A stretch of 64,000 bases of DNA from Solirubrobacteraceae bacterium (GTDB taxonomy: Bacteria; Actinomycetota; Thermoleophilia; Solirubrobacterales; Solirubrobacteraceae), in assembly GCA_035938935.1 (NCBI GenBank), contig DASZGH010000084.1, forward strand, positions 10,731 to 74,730. Direction: 5' to 3'. A model generated the notes under the pieces. The model worked only from the letters and a program-made list of their open reading frames with translations. It was not told the origin of the DNA and did no database searches. Both the position numbers and the translations under genes were made by a program. Shown here piece by piece: positions 20,722 through 29,377 of this stretch (positions are counted from its first letter, which is position 1; each line of letters starts with the position of its first letter).

Positions 20722-20904
20722 GTGTACGTGCCAGGCCCCCAGCAGCTCCGTCAGCAGGAAAAGCGTGAAGAGAAGCTCGAGGACATTCGCGAGCAGGTGG
20801 CTCAGGGCAGGCTCGTCATCCGCCAGATGACGGCCGCCGAGCGCAAGCGTTTCCCACCACGCGAAGGCCCTCCGCCCCGCAGGGGCTCCGCGCGACGGCC
20901 ATGA
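20722..20904 (+). CDS. Small basic hypothetical protein (about 60 aa)
   Basis: EKREEKLEDIREQVAQGRLVIRQMTAAERKRFPP reads as a folded helical protein; divergent from the helicase. Confidence 0.55.
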   Translation: MYVPGPQQLRQQEKREEKLEDIREQVAQGRLVIRQMTAAERKRFPPREGPPPRRGSARRP

Positions 20905-21103
20905 TGGGGCTGCCGGACGCCGACTTCCATTGATCTCGTCAGCCTGACGATCACAACGCGGCGGCAGACGTCCCGAAGGGGTGTTGCCGCCACGTAATCG
21001 TGACGCGGTCGTTGCGAAGCAGTGACACGCGCGTTGCTGAATCGTGAACCGCGCGCTCGAACGCGAGCGCATAGGTTCGGAGGACGCGTTCTTAGATACG
21101 CGC

Positions 21104-21757
21104 TTATGCCGACGGGGGCACGGCCGCCACCTGCACGATGGGCACGTCCAGCTCCTCACGCAGGCGCCGCAACTGCTCGCGCTCCTGCCAGTGATCGACC
21201 TCATCGCCTGAGGTGACCACAATCACCTCATCCGCACCGAAGTCGCGTAGCTCGTCCTCGATCGACGCGGTGGGACTGGCATCGCCGATACGGCCGTGTG
21301 CCAGAAAGCCCTGCGTGCGCGCCCACGACAGCGAGCGCTCCAGGCGACGCCGGGCCTGGCGCATGCCCTCGTCGATGTCGGTGTAGGCGAGGTGCGTGCG
21401 CGAGCTAAGCACGGGAGCGAGCACGTCGAGCTCGACGTGCTCGTGATCGGCGCCGGCGATCCGCTCGCGCAACGCCTCCCCCTCCAGAGACTCGTTGGCC
21501 ACGACCAGGACGTGGCGCGCACTAGCGTTCGCGCCACGCGGGTGCGGCGCTTCGGCGGCCTCACGCAGCGGCTGGCGGCGCTCGTGGTCAGCCGAGCGCA
21601 GGTAGGCGCTCAGGGCAAGCAGCGCCATCGCGGCGAAGGCGACCACGCCGACAAGCGCCGTGCTGAGCAGGCCGATCACGACGGCCAGCCCCGCCAACGC
21701 GGCTATCGCGACCGTAAGACGGAAGGCGTCTGTCTCTGAACGGATCGGGAAGCGCAT
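21104..21757 (-). CDS. Membrane-anchored USP-like (HUP fold) protein
   Basis: Two N-terminal TMs, then HVLVVANE...GRIGDASP...DFGADEVIVVT. Confidence 0.6.
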   Translation of the reverse strand: MRFPIRSETDAFRLTVAIAALAGLAVVIGLLSTALVGVVAFAAMALLALSAYLRSADHERRQPLREAAEAPHPRGANASARHVLVVANESLEGEALRERIAGADHEHVELDVLAPVLSSRTHLAYTDIDEGMRQARRRLERSLSWARTQGFLAHGRIGDASPTASIEDELRDFGADEVIVVTSGDEVDHWQEREQLRRLREELDVPIVQVAAVPPSA

Positions 21758-21882
21758 TACCTAAATCTCCCTCCGATTCTCCGGCGCTCACTGATTACCC
21801 GATGCGAGTGCGGAGAAAACTGCTGTCACCCAGGAGCGGATACCCGCGGCCGGCCGGGACCGAATGGTCATCCCCGCCTGGC

Positions 21883-22641
21883 TCAGCCGCCCTCCGCGGG
21901 CTGGCTGGGCGCTCCGCCGATCGCGTTGATCATCCGCCGCCGCCGGGTGCGGATACGCTCGAAGCGCTCCCGGGAGCGCCGCATCCGCCGACCGTCGGGC
22001 GGGTAGCGCCAGCGCGCCCACGGCGACCCCGGCGCCGCCAGCCGCACGCTCCCCACGATCGAGAAGACCGGGACGAATACGCCCAGCAATCCCAGCAGCG
22101 GCTTGCCCTTGAGGATCGCTATCGCCGAGAAAGTCAGGTCGATCGCGATCGCGACCACGAGCGAGGTGATCGGCGTCGCGCGGTTGGAGAGGTCGAACGG
22201 CGCGATCCCGAGCACGACCAGGCCCCCGAGCAAGGTCGCTACGACTACGGCGTCAATCGAGGAACGGCCCTCCTTGGACCAGTAGACGTCTTCGAGATGT
22301 ATCCAAAGCGCGAACTCGTCCAGCGTCAAGCCGGCGCCGATCCCGAACAGCGCGGCGAGGATCTCGAGGCCTGGGCTGCGGGGTTGAAGGACGAAGTTCA
22401 GGAAGCCGGAGACCATCAGCAAGACGATCCCCCACACCAGGTGATGCAGGTGAAGCCCCCCTTTTGTCGTCACGCTGCCCGGCCACCAGGTGATCTTCGG
22501 GTTGCGGATCAGCCGCGCGCTCGTGCGGATGAACAGAAACGAGGCCAGGAACGCGCCGAGCAGGATGAAGCCTGCTCGCTGGCCGCGGTCGTCGAGGAAG
22601 TGCTGGGAGATCGCAAAGTTCAATTCCGCGGCGGCGAGCAT
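21883..22641 (-). CDS. Conserved actinobacterial integral membrane protein
   Basis: WWPGSV...LHLHHLVWG, LTLDEFALWIHLEDVYW; multiple TM helices. Confidence 0.7.
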   Translation of the reverse strand: MLAAAELNFAISQHFLDDRGQRAGFILLGAFLASFLFIRTSARLIRNPKITWWPGSVTTKGGLHLHHLVWGIVLLMVSGFLNFVLQPRSPGLEILAALFGIGAGLTLDEFALWIHLEDVYWSKEGRSSIDAVVVATLLGGLVVLGIAPFDLSNRATPITSLVVAIAIDLTFSAIAILKGKPLLGLLGVFVPVFSIVGSVRLAAPGSPWARWRYPPDGRRMRRSRERFERIRTRRRRMINAIGGAPSQPAEGG

Positions 22642-22685
22642 CTGAGGGCATTGTTACGCGCCTGTCCAATCGCGGCCAGGCCCGC

Positions 22686-23354
22686 TCAGGGCTGTGCGGC
22701 GGCCGCGGCGACCTGCGCCAGCAGGCCCTGCAGGAAGATGTCGACCATCTTCGGGTAAAGCGACTCGTCCAGTGCCGGCTCGATCAGGCGGTGCATCAAG
22801 AAGCCGTCAGCCATGAAGAAGGTCATCGCCGCCACCTCTTCGGGCGCGAGCGCCGGTTTGACGCCGTAGGAAGACGCCCAATGCTCGAACACCGCGGCCA
22901 TTCGCGCACGCAGCTCGCTCACACGAGCGGAGAGCTGCTCGCGAAACTGCGGGTGGCGCGCGGCCAGCGCCGCGAACTCCTGGTACAGGCGCGGCCACTC
23001 CAGGTCCGAGTTGGCATACGCCAGGAAACGCTCTGCCGCGTTGTGCGCTTCGGCCTCGGGCACACCGGCGCCCGGCATCGCGGCTTCCAGATCAGCCAGC
23101 GCAGTGGCGAACTTCTGCTCGAGCATCGCCAGGAACAGGTCCTGCTTGGAGTCGAAGTTGGCGTAGAACGCCCCCTTCGTGTAGCCGGCGTCGGCGGCGA
23201 TCGCGTCGATCGAGGCGCCCTGCATGCCGCGCCGGCAGATCAGGCGCGAAGCCGAGCGCAAGAGAGCGGCGCGCGTGGAGGCCTGGCGCTCTGCCCGCGT
23301 GGAAGATCCCTTGCCGATCTCCTTGCGGCGGGGACCGCGCGGCGCGACGTTCAA
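22686..23354 (-). CDS. TetR/AcrR-family regulator
   Basis: ASIDAIAADAGYTKGAFYANFDSKQDLF; overlaps P450 stop. Confidence 0.92.
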   Translation of the reverse strand: MNVAPRGPRRKEIGKGSSTRAERQASTRAALLRSASRLICRRGMQGASIDAIAADAGYTKGAFYANFDSKQDLFLAMLEQKFATALADLEAAMPGAGVPEAEAHNAAERFLAYANSDLEWPRLYQEFAALAARHPQFREQLSARVSELRARMAAVFEHWASSYGVKPALAPEEVAAMTFFMADGFLMHRLIEPALDESLYPKMVDIFLQGLLAQVAAAAAQP

Positions 23355-24766
23355 GCTACGAGCACCTCGGCGTCGCGCCCAGCCGGCACGGCTCCGACGC
23401 CCTCGCCGGCGCCCATACTCGCACCGGCCTCGACACCCGCATCCGAACGATGGCTGACGATCGCCTCGGCGTCGTGACGCGGCGTCTCGGTGATCGAGCG
23501 GCGCTGTACCGGCTCGGAGGCCATGCGCACCGGGGACAGCTCGCGGCGCAGCACTAGCTCGCGCAGGACGGTCTCCATCTCAAACTGCGCGAACGCGGCG
23601 CCCAGGCAGCGGCGCACGCCTCCACCGAACGGGATCCAGGTGTAGGTGCCCGGCGCTTTTCCGCCCTCAGACTCGATGAAGCGCTCGGGCAGGAACTCGT
23701 CCGGTCGCGGATAGATGTCGCCGCGGCGCTGCACCAAATAGATCGACGGCACGATCGAGGCGCCGGCCGGGAGCAGGCGGCCGCCGAACTCCATCGGTTC
23801 TGCCAGTTTGCGCAGGACGATCGAGATCACCGGGCGCAGGCGCAGGGTCTCCTGCACGACCGCCTTCAGGTACACCTCCTCGCCGGCGGCGACCTCCTCG
23901 CGCAGGCGCGCAAGCTTGTCCGGATGGCGGCACAGGCGCTCGATCGCCCACGACAGGGCGTTGGCGGTCGTCTCGTGACCGGCGACCAGCAGCGTCATCA
24001 GCTCGTCGCGCACCTCCACGTCGCTCATCTGAGAGCCGTCCTCGTGCGTCGCCTGCAGCAGCAGCGACATGATGTCCTCGCGCCCGGCCAAGTCGCCGGC
24101 GCCGCGGCGCTGCGCGATCTCCTCGTAAATCGGGGCGTCGACGGCATCCATCTCGCGGCGGAACAGGGGAAAACGCTGGAAGCGCTCGGAGCCGAGCGTA
24201 CCGAGGATCGCCATGTTCAGCGGGCTGGTCGAGAGGTCGAGGAAGTGGCGCAGACGCTCGCGCAGCAAGGCCATCCGCGGGCCCTCGACGACGCCGAACA
24301 CCGCGCGCAGGATGATCTCCAGCGTCAGCTCCTGCATGCGCGGGCGCAGCGGGTAGGGCTCGCCCAGCGGCCAGCGCTCGATCTCCTCGCCGGCGACCGT
24401 TGCCATCAGCTCGCCGTAGCGCTGCATGCGCGCGCCGTGAAACGGCGGCAGCAGCAGCTTGCGCTCGGAGAGATGGCGCTCGTCGTCTAGCAGCAACACC
24501 GAGTTGTAGCCGAGCACCGGCAGCAGGATGCGGTTGGCCTCACCGGCATGCAGCTTGGACGGGTCGCCGGTAAACGCCTGCTTGATCGTCTCGGGGTCGG
24601 AGGTGAGCACCCACGTGCCTTCGTTGGCGATCTTCAGCGTGAACATGTCGCCGAAGCGCGCCTGGCAGCTGTCCATCAGCCACTGTGCCTTGCGGATCCA
24701 GATCGCGGTCTGCAGCGCCCTCGGCATCCGCGGCCCCGGGGGCAGTTGAGCGACTTCGTTTCGCAT
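23351..24766 (-). CDS. Cytochrome P450
   Basis: AGHETT, ETLR, PERF, PFGGGVRRCLG. Confidence 0.95.
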   Translation of the reverse strand: MRNEVAQLPPGPRMPRALQTAIWIRKAQWLMDSCQARFGDMFTLKIANEGTWVLTSDPETIKQAFTGDPSKLHAGEANRILLPVLGYNSVLLLDDERHLSERKLLLPPFHGARMQRYGELMATVAGEEIERWPLGEPYPLRPRMQELTLEIILRAVFGVVEGPRMALLRERLRHFLDLSTSPLNMAILGTLGSERFQRFPLFRREMDAVDAPIYEEIAQRRGAGDLAGREDIMSLLLQATHEDGSQMSDVEVRDELMTLLVAGHETTANALSWAIERLCRHPDKLARLREEVAAGEEVYLKAVVQETLRLRPVISIVLRKLAEPMEFGGRLLPAGASIVPSIYLVQRRGDIYPRPDEFLPERFIESEGGKAPGTYTWIPFGGGVRRCLGAAFAQFEMETVLRELVLRRELSPVRMASEPVQRRSITETPRHDAEAIVSHRSDAGVEAGASMGAGEGVGAVPAGRDAEVLVA

Positions 24767-24800
24767 ACCGGACGGTATCCTTTCAGATACCGGACGGGAT
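24765..24800. promoter_or_regulatory. Tandem TetR-type operator palindromes
   Basis: ATACCG-GA-CGGTAT (24765-24778) and ATACCG-GA-CGGGAT (24787-24800); minus-strand TTGACA at 24805-24800. Confidence 0.65.
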
Positions 24801-24917
24801 GTCAAGTGGACTGTCCGCGGGTGCTGTCCACGGTCCGGCGCATGCGCTGCGCGGCGCCGGAGAAGCTGAGGACGATCGTACGCCAGCCTGTCCGTTGGCC
24901 CGGGTAGCCTGTCCTTC

Positions 24918-25494
24918 GTGGAGCTTACGCTGGCCATTTGGACGATCGGCCACTCCAACCATACGTTCGAGCGATTTGCGCAACTCTTGCACAGTGAGCA
25001 GATCGAGGTCGTCGTGGACGTGCGCTCGTACCCGTACTCGTGCTTCGCGCAGCACTTCAATCGCGAGCAGATCGAGAGCGCTCTCGGCGACAGGGGCATC
25101 CGCTATCTTCCTCGGAGAACAGCTCGGCGGGCGACCAACCAGCGACGAGCACTACGACGAGCAGGGAAGAGCGCTTTACGACCGGATGGCAGAGCAACCC
25201 TCTTTTCGTGCGGCCATACAGCGCCTGATCGACGGCGCTGGCAAGCACCGGGTGGCGCTGATGTGCAGCGAGGCCGATCCGCACGGCTGCCACCGCCGAC
25301 TGCTCGTGGGCAAGGTGCTCGCCGACAGCGGACTCCAGCTCCGTCATATCTTCGCTGACGAAACCGTCCTGATAGAGAACACTGTGCGCCTGCGCGCCGA
25401 CAGTCAGGAGACTCTGTTCGGCGAGGAGACGGCATGGAGATCTACACGATCGGTTTCACACAGACGACGGCTGAGCATTTCTTCGGCCGCCTGA
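24918..25494 (+). pseudogene. DUF488-family protein 1, frameshifted
   Basis: IWTIGHSNHT...VVDVRSYP...IRYL in one frame, FLGEQLGGRP...MCSEADPHGCHRR in another; apparent 2-nt loss near 25104-25110. Confidence 0.8.
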
Positions 25495-25870
25495 AGGCGG
25501 CCGGCGTCAAGCGCCTGCTCGACGTCCGGCTGAACAACTCCTCCCAGCTGGCCGGCTTCGCCAAGGCGCGAGACCTCGCCTACTTCGTGCGCGAACTGCT
25601 CGGCGCCAGCTACGAGCACGACCCCCAGTTGGCACCCACGCAAGAGATACTCGACGAGTACAAGAAGCGCAAAGGCGATTGGGAGGTCTACCAGCAGGCA
25701 TTCATGGACCTGATGTCCGCGCGCGAGATCGAGCGCACCCACTCACCCGCGCAGTTCGAAGTCCCCACCGCGTTGCTCTGCAGCTAGGCGACCGCCGAGC
25801 ACTGTCACCGCAGGCTCGTCTGCGAGTACCTGGCCGAACGGTGGCCGGACGTTCGGCGGTGCATCTTTGA
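25434..25870 (+). pseudogene. DUF488-family protein 2, nonsense codon plus frameshift
   Basis: IYTIGFT...LLDVRLNNSSQLAGFAK...LLCS-TAG(25785)-ATAEHCHRRLVCEYL; further shift before AVHL-TGA at 25870. Confidence 0.8.
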
Positions 25871-25957
25871 GACGCGCTGCATGCGAGGACCATCGCTTCT
25901 GGCCCGATCGGGCGAAAGCACTCGGTCAACTGAGCACAAACCGCTCGAGACGTTCTC

Positions 25958-26068
25958 ATGTTGGGTCTCTCGAGGGCCTTCGAAAAGGAAGGCGATGATC
26001 GCGCCCGCCATTGGCTTCAGGTCAACGGTATCTGTCTGGCTAACAGCCCGTTGGGCGATCTGCCGTAA
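25958..26068 (+). pseudogene. C-terminal remnant, probably of a dual-OB-fold partner gene
   Basis: Manual translation MLGLSRAFEKEGDDRARHWLQVNGICLANSPLGDLP*; resemblance recalled, not searched. Confidence 0.45.
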
Positions 26069-26141
26069 GTCCGTCTCAGAACCTGCAGCACCCCGGGATG
26101 CGGACGCATTGCAGGTTCTCGAGCGCGACATCCGTTCGCCG

Positions 26142-26675
26142 CTACAACTCCAAGCGCGCCTGAACTGCGCCGGACCCGTGCGCGGCCTCGTGCTCGAGCA
26201 GCCACACCTTGCGGTCCAGCCCTCCCCCGTAGCCGGTGAGGCTACCGTCGGCGCCTATCACGCGGTGGCAGGGAACGACAATCGCCACCGGATTGCGGCC
26301 GTTGGCAAGGCCCACGGCACGCGAGGCTTTGGGGTTGCCCACCCGGCGCGCGAGTTCGCCGTAGCTGATCGTCTCGCCGTAGGGGATCTCCTGGAGCTCG
26401 GCCCAGACGCGCTGCTGAAAGGGTGTGCCGCGCAAGTCGAGCTGGAGCTCGAAGGCCGTCAGCTCGCCGGCGAAGTACGCCTGCAGCTGTTCGACGGTCG
26501 GCGCGAGCACCGCGTCGTCGCGCTGCGCCGAGGCCGGGATTGCGGGGAAGTGGCGTTGCTCGTGCATGTGCACACCGGTGAGCAGCCCATCCTCGGCCGT
26601 GATCGTGAGCTCACCGATCGGGCTGTCCATTGAGGTGCTGAGCGTCCGTTGGGGGGTTGTCGTCATCGTGGTCAT
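26142..26675 (-). CDS. ogt: Methylated-DNA--protein-cysteine methyltransferase
   Basis: GTPFQQRVW, IPYGETISYG, VPCHRVIG active site. Confidence 0.95.
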   Translation of the reverse strand: MTTMTTTPQRTLSTSMDSPIGELTITAEDGLLTGVHMHEQRHFPAIPASAQRDDAVLAPTVEQLQAYFAGELTAFELQLDLRGTPFQQRVWAELQEIPYGETISYGELARRVGNPKASRAVGLANGRNPVAIVVPCHRVIGADGSLTGYGGGLDRKVWLLEHEAAHGSGAVQARLEL

Positions 26676-28213
26676 GCAGCCTCCTTCATGAGCGCGGCTC
26701 CCTGCGCGCGGGTGGCACGCGGAGGCCAATTGTTGATCGGATGTGCGGATGCGGACCAGAGGTACTGGACGGCGTAGGCGCGCCACGGTCGCCAGACCTG
26801 CGAGTGCATCTGCAGCCCTGCCGGCGACGCCGGCAACCCGAGCGCTTCGGCGGCGCGGCGCACGCCCAGGTCCGTAGCGGGAAAGGCGTCGGGATCCCCG
26901 AGCGCGCGCATGGCGATCACGCCCAGCGTCCACGGGCCGAAGCCGGGAAGCCCGCCAAGCACCGACAGCGCCTGCTCGCGGTCGCAACCGGGGTCAAGAG
27001 ACAGGCGCTCTTGGCTGAGCGCGTCGAGCAGCCAGCGCAGCGTGCGCATGCGGCTCGCCGGCATCGCCATTCGCACACCGGCGAGCGACTCGGGCGCCGG
27101 GAACAGGTGGGTCAGAGAGCCGCGGGAGTCGGTGAGCGGCTCGCCTCGCTCGACGACCATGCGCGCGGCGTGAGTGCGCGCGGCGGCGGTGGACACCTGC
27201 TGGCCGAGCACCGCGCGCACCGCCAGCTCGGCCCCGTCGACGCAACGGGGAACGCGGCGGCCTTCCGCTCGTGCCACCAGCGGGCGAAGCGCGGGATCGG
27301 CGCGCAGGCGCTCGTCTATCGCAGACGGGTCGGCGTCGAGATCGAGCAGCCAGCGGCAGCGGGCGATCGCGGTCGTCAGATCGCGCACGTCGGAGAGCGT
27401 GAGGTGGCAAGTCACGTGGTCCTCGCCCGGAGCCAGCTCGGCGATTCCCGGACCGCCCGGGAGGCGCAGCGTGCGCCGGTAGGTATCGCCGCGAACCTCC
27501 TCGACGCCCGGAACCGCGGTCGCGGCAAGGTGACCGAACAGGTTCTCGGGGTTCAGCGGCCGCCGAAACGGGAGCCGCAGGCTGAGCGTGCCAGCGGCTC
27601 CAGGTCGCACACTGCGACCAGTATCCGCCTGCTCGCGCGTGGAGACCCCGCGGCCAACCCGACAGCGCAACTCCGTCGGCGAGGAGGCGAACACGGCGCG
27701 AATGGTGTCGTTGAACTGGCGCACGCTGGAGAACCCGGCGGCAAACGCGACCTCTGTCATCGACAGCGCACTCATCTCGATCAGGACACGCGCGGTCTGC
27801 GCCCGCTGCGCCCGCGCGATCGCCAGCGGCCCCGCGCCGACCTCAGCCAACAGCATGCGCTGCAGCTGGCGCACGCTGTAGCCGAGTCGACTGGCCAGGC
27901 CGCCGACGCCCGCTCGATCGACCACGCCATCGGCGATCATGCGCATCGCGCGCGCCACCACGTCGGCGCGACCGTCCCACTCGGGCGACCCCGGCGAGGC
28001 GTCCGGACGGCAGCGCTTGCAAGCCCTGAAGCCGGCCTGCTGGGCCGCCGCGGCGGAGGGGTAGAAGCGCATGTTCTCCCGCTTGGGCGTGATCGCCGGA
28101 CAGCTCGGGCGGCAGTAGATCCCGGTTGAGGTGACCGCCCCGAAGAACCAGCCATCAAAGCGCGGATCGCGCGAAAGTGCGGCCTGATAACAGCGCTCGA
28201 AGTCCTCGATCAC
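26672..28213 (-). CDS. alkA: Ada-AlkA fusion (Ada Zn domain + AraC HTH + 3-methyladenine glycosylase)
   Basis: TGIYCRPSC, FRACKRCRP, AVLGQQVS, PGFGPWT, DAFPATDLG; GTG start at 28213. Confidence 0.92.
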   Translation of the reverse strand: MIEDFERCYQAALSRDPRFDGWFFGAVTSTGIYCRPSCPAITPKRENMRFYPSAAAAQQAGFRACKRCRPDASPGSPEWDGRADVVARAMRMIADGVVDRAGVGGLASRLGYSVRQLQRMLLAEVGAGPLAIARAQRAQTARVLIEMSALSMTEVAFAAGFSSVRQFNDTIRAVFASSPTELRCRVGRGVSTREQADTGRSVRPGAAGTLSLRLPFRRPLNPENLFGHLAATAVPGVEEVRGDTYRRTLRLPGGPGIAELAPGEDHVTCHLTLSDVRDLTTAIARCRWLLDLDADPSAIDERLRADPALRPLVARAEGRRVPRCVDGAELAVRAVLGQQVSTAAARTHAARMVVERGEPLTDSRGSLTHLFPAPESLAGVRMAMPASRMRTLRWLLDALSQERLSLDPGCDREQALSVLGGLPGFGPWTLGVIAMRALGDPDAFPATDLGVRRAAEALGLPASPAGLQMHSQVWRPWRAYAVQYLWSASAHPINNWPPRATRAQGAALMKEAA

Positions 28214-28349
28214 GCCTTCAGTCTTACTCACCGGCCGGCCGAAGTCCGGCGGAAATGCGACATGACCCTCTCGGCGTGCCTTCAGAAATCGGCGAGCAAT
28301 GTACAGCGCCGCGCCTTGGACGGTGGGGCGTCGTCCTAACGTGTCGGCA

Positions 28350-28682
28350 ATGCACGTAGAGCTTTTCTGGTGGGAGGGCTGCCCTTCGCACCCGAGGGCG
28401 CTGAGCGATCTGCGCACTGTGATGGTCGAACTCGGCCTAGATCCAGACAAGATCGAGTTGCAAGAGATCGAGACCGAGCAGGACGCGGTTCGCGATGGCT
28501 TCGTCGGCTCGCCCACAATCAGGATCGACGGCGCCGACGTCAGCCCGGTCGAGGGCGAGCCCTACGGCCTGACCTGCCGCGTCTACCATCGCCGCGACGG
28601 GCGGGTCTCCCCCACGCCCGACCCGACTGACCTGCGCGACGCGCTGCAAGCGGCTATGACAACCACCAGCGAGAGGAGCTGA
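28350..28682 (+). CDS. Small thioredoxin-fold protein (DUF2703-like)
   Basis: WEGCPSH, GFVGSPTIRIDG, LTCRVY. Confidence 0.7.
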   Translation: MHVELFWWEGCPSHPRALSDLRTVMVELGLDPDKIELQEIETEQDAVRDGFVGSPTIRIDGADVSPVEGEPYGLTCRVYHRRDGRVSPTPDPTDLRDALQAAMTTTSERS

Positions 28683-28683
28683 A

Positions 28684-29211
28684 GTGCCAGCCATCGACGA
28701 GCCCGCCCCCACGTTTGCGCTGCCCGACACTGAGGGCGCCCTTCACAGCCCGGGCGGCGCGGCGGCGACCGTCGTCGTGTTCACCTGCAACCACTGCCCC
28801 TACGCGCTTGCCTGGCACGAGCGGATCGTGGACGTGGCGCACGACTACGCGGCGCGCGACGTGAGCATGCTCGCCATCAATCCCAACGACGCCGAGCGCT
28901 ATCCGCGTGACTCGCTGGAGGCGATGCGCGAACGTGTCCGCGGCGGTGACTTCGACGGCGTTCCCTATCTGCACGACGGCTCACAAGCGGTAGCCCGCGC
29001 TTACGAGGCCAAGACCACCCCGGACGTCTTCGTGCTCGATGCCGCGGGCATCCTGCGCTACCGCGGCGCCCCGGACGCCGACTACGAGGACCCGAGCCAG
29101 AACGCGACTTGGTTGCGCGACGCGCTCGACGCGGTGTTGGATGGCCGTGCGCCCGAGAGGGCTAATACCGAGCCGATCGGCTGCTCGATCAAGTGGAAGA
29201 CGGAGAACTGA
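28684..29211 (+). CDS. AhpC/TSA-like thioredoxin-family protein
   Basis: FTCNHCPY, TPDVFV, YRGAPD, GCSIKWK. Confidence 0.88.
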   Translation: MPAIDEPAPTFALPDTEGALHSPGGAAATVVVFTCNHCPYALAWHERIVDVAHDYAARDVSMLAINPNDAERYPRDSLEAMRERVRGGDFDGVPYLHDGSQAVARAYEAKTTPDVFVLDAAGILRYRGAPDADYEDPSQNATWLRDALDAVLDGRAPERANTEPIGCSIKWKTEN

Positions 29212-29377
29212 GATCTTGTTGTAGCCTTTTTGCAATGACCATTCCGGAAGAGGTGCGTGATCGATTCCTGTCCGCCTCCAGCAGAATGGCGAGCGAGTGC
29301 GAACGGACCAAACAGAAAAAAGACACGGACACCGGGAACGCACACACGCCGCTGACGCCGTCGACGATCGAGACCGG

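Noticed and set aside
25785-25787. Amber recoding (pyrrolysine or readthrough) for in-frame TAGs in DUF488-2 and aqp-arsC
   Set aside because: No pyl genes or suppressor tRNA in the window; DUF488-2 has a second lesion; arsC has its own SD.
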